DNA of 64,000 bases from Antedon mediterranea (Eukaryota; Animalia; Echinodermata): positions 14,942,001-15,006,000 of the forward strand of contig NC_092672.1 in the NCBI RefSeq assembly GCF_964355755.1, given 5' to 3'. Shown piece after piece: positions 11,975 through 23,100 of the stretch (its first letter is position 1; every line of letters starts with the position of its first letter). The translations under genes and the position numbers were made by a program. The notes below the pieces were generated by a model. It searched no databases and was not told where the DNA came from. It saw only the letters and a list, made by a program, of their open reading frames with translations.

Positions 11975-12480
11975 ATCGAGATGGCGGCTATTCGGACACA
12001 TCATCAGATTGCAAAAGAAAGTCCCAGCCAATAAAGCAATAAGCTATAATTAGGCTAAGTATTATTTTGAAAACTGTAAGCAACAAAAGTATAGAGGACG
12101 ACCACGATCCACACTACCGGTTACTCTATCGAACGACGTGATCACCCTTCATAAAGCGTGGTTCCCACTAGCGACGCAACGCAAGGACGCAAGTGAATTG
12201 ACCAATCACAAGCGATGGCTTATTCGCTTGTGATTGCTAACTGTCTATAACTTCGCTTGTCATTGGTTAAAACGCTTGCGTTGCGTTTACGTCCTTGCGT
12301 TACGTTCTAGTGGGAACCAAGCATAAACAATCATCAACTGCACTAGGGCCCCCTCCTACAAAAGCATTAAAGATATAGAAACGATTCGGAGAAAAAAACA
12401 GACAGGACTGGAGGAAAGCAATCCGAGATAAAAGCAAAGTAGCCGAGGCGCGAAAGTCATCAGACTATCTGGTGGACCGG
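11975..12480 (+). mobile_element. 3' fragment of an RTE-like LINE, interrupted by a MITE
   Basis: RWRLFGHIIRLQKKVPANKA and YRGRPRSTLP motifs typical of the RTE ORF C-terminus. Confidence 0.6.
12155..12323. mobile_element. Palindromic MITE, PIF/Harbinger-like (copy 2), TAA TSD
   Basis: Reverse-complement copy of 3907-4085, flanked by taa on both sides. Confidence 0.8.
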
Positions 12481-13939
12481 CTATAAACTAAAGTTAAGTT
12501 ATAATTTTGTTGTTGTCACTATACAAAAAAAGTAGTAGTATGGTATACGGTTATTACTGCGAATCGCACCCAATCTAGTTCCGTTACAATATACATTTAG
12601 ATTTGTAAACATTATTCAAATAATACATACAAAAGATGCGAAAAACAATTAGACATAATAGATAGATATAAAATAATTTATAAATAAATCCCAAGAAGAT
12701 CTCTTTCATGATTGTGATGTTACCCCCATTTATTTCAACCACTACTCTTCTTGACAATTCAAAATCAATTATGTTTAGTTTAGCTTACATGTCAAGATGA
12801 ATACAGTCAAATGTTTTTTCACACATATAAATCAGAACCATCTTATATGTATATGCTTTTATTTTTCACTATAACTATAAAATCTTAGCTGCATTAATAT
12901 ACTGATGCCTGTCTGTAATTGTTTTAAAGTGGGGTTCACATGGAACTATGTCTAGAAGAAGTGGATTTAACAATTTTCTACTAACTGGACTAACCTTGAC
13001 AAATCCCGTTCTTTGGTACAATTATGTCTAGTTAATTCAATTTCATAAAAACCCTAGTATTGGAGATTTTAAATACTATTTTATGTATAAAATCATTTTT
13101 TTTTAAATTTATCATGTATGTTGTTTACTTTTAACTTGTGATTACTAATAATTGGTCTTTTTTTTGTATTCTACTCTATTCTTCTCTTCTATTAGCCCTC
13201 TGTCCTCATCAGATATAGTTCATTTAATTTTTAGGTCATTTTATGGGGTACACAATAAAGAAGAATAAGCATATTCTTTGCAATTTAAATGTTAAATATT
13301 AAAAGGACCATAATAATTGTCAATTGGGTTCCAAAATTCTTCAATCTCATTGGTGCAAATGAGGCTGAAGGCCACCTGCTGGGTTGTTAATTGGATTACC
13401 CTCATAAAATAACTGGCTATCCTTGGATTTACTTCTAAATCCAAGCAGCAATAATTTTCCAGAAAAATTATCCAAATTATGGCGAGATGATATAGATAAA
13501 TGATAAAGTTAATTAACTAGCCATGCATAGTTCGATGTGAACGTCACTTAAATCTTTTGGAATTGACATCATGTGGATGGATGGTCGTTTTAGAAACTTA
13601 GTTTGTCGTAACACGTACCTAACAATATAATAAGTCGTGCGTACGAGATAATAAGTCGTACGTACAAGTTTAAGTCGTACGTACAAGTTAGGCGGCAATT
13701 TTTTTAACGGATGTCCCTAATGGGGCTTTGTATTGATCCGATTGTTTTGATATTAAATTCGATAGTTAAAGCCTTTTGAATGTTTTACATTTTTAAAACA
13801 AAGGACTCAACTCCATACCCTACATTAATATAGTTGGACACAAACATGGCTTCTAATCCATTCAAACTTTCAAAGTCGCAACTCTTTTTTGGCTCTCTGC
13901 ATGCTGCAGCAAAGTGTGATAGGGCGCCCTCAAATAATA

Positions 13940-14117
13940 ATATAATACCTAATCACGTGATGCTGCTGTTGATTTAGTGCGTGCGTCGGTCGGTTGTCCC
14001 AAATCCACCAAAGAAGATAGCGTATTTGTTGGCCGTTCAGAAATTAATTTGCGTCCTGCTAACTTATTCTTGTTATAAACTGCTGTAATTATCAGTGTAA
14101 GAAGCTGAATTGTGAAA
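13940..14117 (+). promoter_or_regulatory. Likely promoter/5'UTR of the FET gene; TCACGTGA E-box at 13953-13960
   Basis: CpG-containing patch just upstream of the ATG with a palindromic E-box; TSS not determinable. Confidence 0.35.
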
Positions 14118-17100
14118 ATGGCTACCGACTCTCGTAAGTTTACTATGTTTTGTAATAAAAAAAAAATTATAAATTATTATGTGTAAATGTTAATTTTATT
14201 TTGAGAAGGATATTATGCTAGCGTAGCAGCTCTAGCTGGATCCTCTAGCCTAGGCCTAGCCTAGTAGTAGTATGTCTAAGCAAAGCCATCCGTCTAAGCT
14301 ACCATAATGGCAAACCCACCAAAACTAGTCATAGTATTTCACGTAAACTTCTTCTTATGTTAATTGGTTTTTATTTTTCTGAAATATCTTAAATAATATT
14401 ATAGGATTGAAAAGATTTAAAGTGATTGTAATCTTAAATTTTCCAGTGCGACTCGCATGTTTGTTGGGCGTTTACCGCTTGGTTGGACTGTTTACCGCCA
14501 CGCCGGTGGGCCTAGGACTAGATGTTTTTTTTATTAAAGATCATCCAATTATTAGTTTTTGATAATTGTAGCTACCAAGTCAGGAATATTTTTTTATTTA
14601 TCTTTCAGTGTTCATTTCAATTTATTTCCACAATATAATAAAATACATAATAAATGCAATAAATTGATTATGTGGGGGTGGAGGGGAGAGTCATATAATT
14701 ATAAGACTTTGAGTTTGACCCACACCAAGATAACATTATATACGAAAAAGAAAAAAAAAACGTAAACTAATAAAAAATAAAAGAAAACAAAGCTACAATT
14801 TCTATTTAAAGTTAAACCATATTATCTTTTCTTAACTTGTCTTATAATAATAATATTATATATATTTAACATTCATCATATCTTAAAAGTAAATAGTTCT
14901 TGTATCCTAATTTAAATTTAGAAGTTGTAGATGCATTTTTAATATCTACATGGATTGAATTCCATAATTTAGCTCCTTGTATTTAATAGACGTTCTATCT
15001 ACGAAGCTACTTCGTAGGTAAAGTTGCAGTATTTTCTTTCTGTACTAGTGTAAATAGTATTGCCGATGACAAAACTGAGTTTTATATTCCGGCACCGGAA
15101 CTCAACTGCCCAGCGTTAGGGAATCCGACACACTATTGCGCATACCCAGAGCGAGGTAATCGGCGACTCCATACTAACAGCGATGGATCATTGCGCCACG
15201 CGGCGAACTAGCCTAGATGTCTACTACTAACAAAGAATATATATCACTCTTTGCTACTAAATAATACTAGTAAGTCTACCAGCTAGATGCGACCAGTGGG
15301 CCTATTAATTTTGTAATGAAAAAAAGTGTTTTATATAATTATGAATAAATATACAGTAATTACATGACTAGTTTTATGATTTTTCAAGTACAAAATAAAG
15401 ATTTCATATAACACATTATACTGTACATAACATGCAATCGTATACAAGTTGATTTATTTGTTGAAGACAGCAGCCGCCGCGCAGATGTGAAAAAAAAAAA
15501 AGAACTGTTTTTCAGGAAGTCGGGGTCGCAACGCTACGCTATTCCACTTTAGTACATTTCTTAAAATACGCAAACGTTATGACACTAGGGCAGGCCTGTG
15601 TTTTTCTCCGGTTCCGAACTTCATACTTTCTCTGTCTAATAAAATTACAGCATTACGATTCTTAGATAAATACTGATTCTTATAAATATCATAATAATTA
15701 TTTTAACGCGTGGCGTAGTCGTATTTTAATTATTAATTCATATATGGCCTAGGCCGCCAAGTTTTATCCATCGCTCGCTCGACGACTAACTAGGCTACAG
15801 TAAATCCCCAGTTAACACTCCGACTCTCGGTGTGGTGTGCGGTCTGTGGCACTAGTGCAGCAAGCTATAATTACTTCGCTCTGGGCATGCGCAATAGCGT
15901 GTCGGATTCCCTAACGGTGGGCAGTTGAGTTCCGGTGCCGGAATCCTAACCACGGCGTAAATTTAATTGACACCGAGCGAAATTATAGTCCCTAACTAAT
16001 CCGTCCAAATTTACGCCCGTCTAACTCATCGGCCATGGTCCGCCGTCTCTCGCTCGACTCATCTATCCAGGAAATTCCCTATTGCGAGAAGCATGATGTT
16101 GGTCTCAATAATAGTGGGCTGATTAATAGTTTAAAAACAACTTATGGCATTTTTTAAGTGAATTTTTATTCAACCTATTCTTCATTGATGAATCCCTTGC
16201 CAGTAATTAAAGTTGTGATGCGAAAAGTGTGTGTAATTTAATTCCACAGATAAAAACAATAAGCATAAGAAAACCCATCGCACAACAGGACCTTGTGGTG
16301 TGCCGAGGAGACGTTCTTCCTCAAGCGTGAGATCGTCGTAACAAAATGGGTAGAGTCCATTAAGTATGGGGGGTGTTTACTATTTACGAACCTATTCAGC
16401 ACGCGCTTCGACCACTGTGTAGGCAAAATATTTATTTTGTTAAATTCCTAAATTGATAATCGCGTATTCTGTAATCACGTGACTGAAGATGTAATCCTCA
16501 GCGACGAACAAAATACACATGCTTTAATGTGTTAGGAAAAAGCTTGCTGTTTATAATGCACATTGTTAACAACTATGCTACCACATGATTCACGGTGCTG
16601 CTATTCGTGTTTCCCGACGTAAATCGGCGGCGTGTAAATGAAACAATTGTTTTCACCAAATTGGTTCCTATTAGCCGTTGTCGACATAGCGATCGGCAGC
16701 TGGCGTAGTTAAGCTAAAAAGTATGTATTTTTTTCAAAAATTACACTAGAAAACATTTGCTAGTTTTGAAATTTTTAACTAGCAATTATCAAGAACCTAC
16801 TAGCAATACAAAATGCTAAACTAAATCTGTAATAGTTTAAGCATTGAATTATATGATTGTATTGTTATGAAACACAAAAGCAACAAGCACAAGCTATACT
16901 ATGAACGTTTGGTTTATTTTCCAATTTTTAGAGTATGGTGGTTACAATGCACAAGCCCAGCAGCAGAGGTAAGTAATGAATAATACATGTTTTTTGGGGT
17001 ATTGATAAACCCCCGCAAACCTAAACAAAAACATAGCAAAGCCTACCAAACCAACATAAAAGTAATTAAATTGTGTAGTGTATGACCCACTGGGTATATC

Positions 17101-20100
17101 CATGTAAAAAAAACATTAAATTTCTACTGTTAACTACTTACAGTACCGGACAGAATTATTGCAGATTTTGAACGCATTCAACGCATTGTTAAAGTGTTGA
17201 CAACGCGTTGAAACTGCGTTGTCCGTTGGCGTTGAAAGTGTTGAGTTCGTTGAACTGTTTATTCAACCAACACAATGTGTTGCGTTGAGTTTGCGTTGAA
17301 ATAACGAACAATCGGATTCGTATGGTATTTACAGATTGCCAGTGTGTATTAGTAGTAGTAGTAATAGTATAAAATACAGTATTACAAATATTTAAGAAAA
17401 CAAACATAATGTGTATTTTTCCGCGGAAACCTAGCTTAATATATTACACTAGGCTAGGCCTACTACTAACGAGTAGGCCCCGTGTGTATATGAGCCGCGT
17501 CTGCCATCGCAGTTAAAAGTAGTGGTCATGTCCTCAATTACTGTGTGCCTATATTAACTGGAGTATTAAATACCAAAGTTAAGGCGGCGGTGAATCTTGG
17601 AGGCTAGGTCACATCGTAATTAATTATTTCCAAACTAAAAACTTCGCAGTACTGTACTACATTTTTATTTATAAAAACAACGTAGCCTACACCCGCCGCC
17701 ATGGAAGGCAACAATACACCACCAACATAACGATCCAGCATGGTCGTCGGACGTCGTCCTTTTCACGCATGCTTTTCGTGACGTGAGGGACGAACTGATC
17801 GAAAGGTGAAGAGTTCATTCATTATGAAATATTACGCGTAATAATTAAAAGGGAAAAAATCGTTTAGTTTTATTATTATCCATAAATATATCATTATCAT
17901 GTATTATATTATAAATTAATTATTGTGGTGCCTAACGTAACCCCATGCAGAGAAAAGCGTTAAATATAATAACCAAGAAATAGGAATGACCAATTTGATG
18001 ACAATAGGCAATGTTAGGCGTTTTCTTTAAAATCAAAACCTGTGCCATACCATATTATTCACGCCAAGGTGTAACCCACAAATATTTGAATAACCAAACA
18101 ATTCAGAATAAAGAACCACTTTATTCTGATGCAAGACAATATATTATTACAGGCGCGAGGTTTAGGCGTTTTCTCTTTAACATACTATTGTTTCTTAATA
18201 TAATTATATTGGCCTCCTCCTGAAACTGTATGAATGGGATGGGAGTTGCGAGAATATGCGAGCGAACAGCCAACATTTTAATCAGTTTACAGTGTGATGC
18301 TTTTCAAAACGCGCAACGTTTTCAACGCGTTCAACGCTATGGGATTCAATTGTTTAACGTCGTCAATGAACGGTCAACGGGTTCAACACATTCAACACGC
18401 TCTATTGTTAACGTATTCAAAACGCTTGTTGTACTTAAAAATGTAATGTTGTTCGATTTATAAAGATTTAAATTGGTTCATGGATGGGTGTCGGACACGT
18501 CAAATTTTTTAGTTCTTTCAAATTACATTACAACAAACAATGGGACAATTATAAAATAAAAACCAAAATAGAGAAACAATATTTTAACTTTATCTCTTGA
18601 ATCTCGAACAGCTAAAAAATGTAGGCCTAAATAAAATTAATTACTTCGTCGTCATTAACGATCGTTAAATACGTCATAACACACGTGGTGTTTTTCTCGA
18701 GGAAACCAGGGTGGCGGCCTCGTGTGTTGATGTCAGTAATTTCCACGTTGTTTGATTTTACGACGTGAGATCGTGTTTTCCCCCGGAAGGCCTACAGTAC
18801 AGTATTAACTGTTAGACTTGGCATCGACCTTATTATTCGATGTTTTCCTTCACTAAACACTGGGAAATATCACTGTGTGTTTTATTTGGTAACTGTCCGT
18901 TCAATACTATTACTTAAAAATATATCTAAGCTTCAAATATATTTTATTTATATTAAAATATCTGGTAGTGACTGCCGATGGGTATTTTGCCTGTTGTTGT
19001 TACTGATCGTTCAGGCGTGCAATCGGCCAGTCTAGTGCTGCAGCAGCTAGCGTTGAAATAACTAATTGTTTACTTGACATGCTGATAATGACTTTCGTTG
19101 AATAAACAACTAAACGTTGAAAGCCGTTCAACGCAACGCAAACACAACGCAACGACAACGTGTTGAATGCGTTGGGATTTTTGCAATAATTCTGTCCTGT
19201 ACTGTATTTTTGGGGTAAAACATCATCAAAAACTAGTTCTGTATTAGTTAATTGAACGTTCTGATACTATATTTAGAATGAAAGCCTACCAAACCAACAT
19301 AAAAGTAATTGAATTGTGTAGTGTATGACCCACTGGGTATATCCATGTAAAAAAAACATTAAATTTCTACTGTTAACTACTTATTTTTGGGGTAAAACAT
19401 CAAAAACTAGTTCTGTATCCTTTTGAGCGACCGACTGAACGTTCTGATACTATATTTAGAATGAATTTTGTACGATCTTTTAGTCGGCATCGTTTCTGGA
19501 TTGACTGGACGTTCGCTATATTATTTTTATTAGTTGGCTTAGCTCATTGTGTTTGATCAAGTCTCTATGTTTACATCGTGGGAAATTAATATTTATATTC
19601 GCCGTTGAGTAAAACATCCACGAAGGAAACGATTATGATATTATATATTTCCTAGTAATTTACAATACTTGGTCCTCCGCCAGTCAAAATTAACGCATTA
19701 ATTTTCACACCTTGTTACTTCGCTAAGAACATTGTAGGGTTGTTTATTAAGGTTCTGAACTCCCTACGAAGTTCAGAACGTAGCTCATTGAAAGTTGTTT
19801 ATTGAGTTTATGAAGCCAAACAATGGAACCTACGAAGGGAGCCTACGTTTACGAAGCTACTTCGTAGGAAAAGTTGCAGTATTTTCTTTCTGTCAAAGTG
19901 ACGAATTCAAATCTAGTTATTTTTATTTTTGTAGTTATGGTGGTTATCCTCAACAAGGTTCTACACAATCATATGGCCAACAGCCTTCGTACCAGGTAAA
20001 TAAATCGGGTGTTTTGAACATGTTTCATTGTTGTAGATTACGAATTTGGCATTATGTTGCCTGTTCTTTTTGTTACCATTTAAACTATATCCTCGTTGAA

Positions 20101-23100
20101 GGTTCATTCATAGCCCACAAGAGTTTTGTTTAAATGTTAAATTGAATGAAATGTTTTTACAGCAGGGTTATGGTAGTCAACCAGGAGCAGCATCTAGTGG
20201 CTATGATCAACCAGGACAAGTTCCACCACCACAGCAATCTTATCAACAACCTGCAGCACAATCTAACTATTCACAATACAGCCAACAACCGGCTGCCAGC
20301 TCGGTAGGCTCATCTTATGGAACGCCAAGTTATGGAGGCTCAACTCAACCACAAAGTTATGGTCAATCTGGTAAGTTGTGTCACTTTGTAGTAGACCAAT
20401 AAAATGTCTTATCTTGTTATCCTATAGTTGATTGATGTCTAGTTCACTTTTACATTACAGGCCAACAAAGTAGTTATGGCGGTCAACCTCCAAGTTCTTA
20501 CGGCCAACAGTCCCAGCAGCAACCACCAACTGCAAGCAATACAAGTAGCAGTGGTTATGCTCAACCGTCTGGCTATAGTAGTCAGCCATCAAGTTACGGA
20601 CAAAGCTCAACTGGAGGTCAGTCAAATTATGGATCATCAAGTTATAGTGGTGGAGCACCTAATTACCCACAACCTAATCCACCCCCATCATCTGGGTCTG
20701 GCTATGTTGGATCATCTGGGGGTGGTAGTAGTGGAGCTGGAAACACTTTTGATGGTAAAGCAATTCATTCACAAACCATAAAACATAGTAAACCAATACA
20801 ATCACAATATTCTTCGTATATCTTATTAAAACAGCTTATATGCACTAATGTGACTTCTAATCTCCTCCCTTTGATTGCCTTAGGTGATGCCAAAAAAGTA
20901 TCGTCAATACCTGTACTGTGACTTTCAAATAATGGGCTTTGAAATTTAAAAAAATGTAGAATAAACTTACAAATTATGTATTATTAATGAAAAACTTCCC
21001 ACGATTTTGTCAATTTGCCTATAGTTCCAAAACAGGTTTCTTAACTGCTTTCTATTCCCACAGTATCTTTCGCTTGGTCAGTAATCATTAAAAAGGTGGA
21101 CACGTAAGGGTTTATTGGGGCCATTTTTCTTTTGCACATTGGTCGTACTAATTTATACTTATTGAGTTAGGCAAAAACAAAATATTGATGCAATTTGTAT
21201 AAAAAATTAAAAAGAATTAATGAAATTAAAATGTATTATGGGGTACCAAACTTTTAACATAAAACTGAATCTTTTTCTCTGCTTTTTCCTTTTTTTTTTT
21301 TTTCCTTTCAGTTACTTGTAGAGAAAGTTTAAATGCTGTAGTTTATTTTGTGTCCCTATTTTTGTTTTTTTAAGGTGGATCAACCAACTATGGTGGTGGT
21401 CAAGGCGGTGGTTATGGTGGAAGTAGTTATGGTAACGATGGAGGAGGTAACATTCATTTTTTCATTCAAGTACTTGTTGAAACAAACAAGGCAAAAGAAT
21501 AACATTCAAATTAATTAAGATTGCGTCCAACTTGAAAGCAAATATATAGGACAATATTTAATTTTTAGGTTATGGAAGGGGAAGAGGATCAGATCGTGGA
21601 GGCGGCCGAGGTTTTGGGTAAGTTTTTCCCTGTTTAATTGATAAATATCCAAGAAGGATTACATAACTAAAAATGCTGTCATTGATATTGTTATTTGCTA
21701 ATAAGTGTGGCCGAAAACTCCTCCTATTTTCATTCCAAGTTTTGGTAAAATTATGACTGAAATTATAGCAGATAACCAATTTTGACATACAGTGATATTG
21801 TAAAAATGTAGGCTCTCTATTTTAAAGTGGGCCTAAAAGGGTTTAAATTAGTAAAAGAGTTTACATACCAGATTGTGGTTATATTTTGTGCCTCAAATTA
21901 AAAATATTTTACATAAAAAATAATAAAGGTATGTACAAATTTTAAAATGCGTAAGGTAAGTATAGTTTTAGTAAAGGGCAAGTAAATATGGGACACTTTT
22001 TAAAAGCTGGTTAGAATATACAATTATTTAAATTATTGTTATATACATTGTAAATATATAATGGAAGTGAATGGTTGAAGTCGTGGAAACCACAATGCCT
22101 TTATTGCCAATGTTTTCTTCCCAAGTTTTTTTCTAGTCCACAGGTAGACAGAGCACAAATATAATCAAGAAATAATAGAATAATAATAATAATAAAGTAG
22201 AATAACATTTCAGTGTTTGTGCCCTTTAAACAAAATTAAAATTCAGTTTGTTGGAAATTTATCAATGAAATGCAATATTATAAATCTTCCAGTTATTTAT
22301 GAAAACAAGAGGCAGCCACTTGTCACAAAAAGATCAATAACCATAACAATTTGTCTAACTTGTAACACCCATTTTCGGTAACAAGAGATGTTAAAAATAT
22401 GGTTTTAAAATTACATTTTGCTATACCAATACATCTCCAATGCGAAATAAATGGCTACTAAAAATGTTGAAACTGCAATAATTTGTATATCTAGTGGGTT
22501 TACAACTAATCGATTTGTGGCTTGTGGCGGATTTGCCTTGTTTTTACAATGAGAGATTTTCCAAGAAGTTGGTACAGCTTGTTTTGGTTATTATAATATA
22601 TAATGTACGCAAGTACTCTGTTTTTCTACATGTGTTAACATAAGTCGAAACAGCTTTGTTCCTAGGTAATAACCAAATTAAGTATAAATTATTGTATATT
22701 GGGATTTTATCTTTTTTTAATTAGAATATTTTCTGATATATTGGCTTCATAACTGGTATAAATACTTTTATATTTTATGATTTATAAAAATTTGTGAAAA
22801 TTATATTACTTGCATTATTTTGTTAGGTTCTAAATTTAAACTATGTACAATGAATTGAACTTGATAATATTTTATTATAGTGTATAAATTTAGTAGCTTA
22901 AGTAATTTTAGATTTGTGTCATTTATGGAAAAGTTTCTTATTTTTAAAAAACAGTAGATTGTTTCAGGCAAAAATACTTTGCTAGACCGATCACAATAAT
23001 ATTGCAAACATCAAAATCATTAGGTTGTTGTGAGTAGGTTCTGGGAATATACAAATAACTCTATGCTGGATGGTAACAAGAGATTCAAGTAACATGAAAT

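Larger units (their letters stand above)
3859..13736. mobile_element. Putative large non-autonomous DNA transposon with 13-bp TIR and inverted subterminal 21-bp repeat arrays, carrying a kinase pseudogene (IS3EU-like ends suspected)
   Basis: tcaatacaaagcc (3859-3871) is the exact reverse complement of ggctttgtattga (13724-13736). ttattatctcgtacgtacgac-type arrays at 3878-4235 are mirrored at 13610-13690. No TSD and no transposase seen. Confidence 0.55.

Noticed and set aside
11400-13450. Transposase remnant for the 3859-13736 element
   Set aside because: No DDE or integrase motif was recognisable; the sequence looks like decayed LINE fragments.
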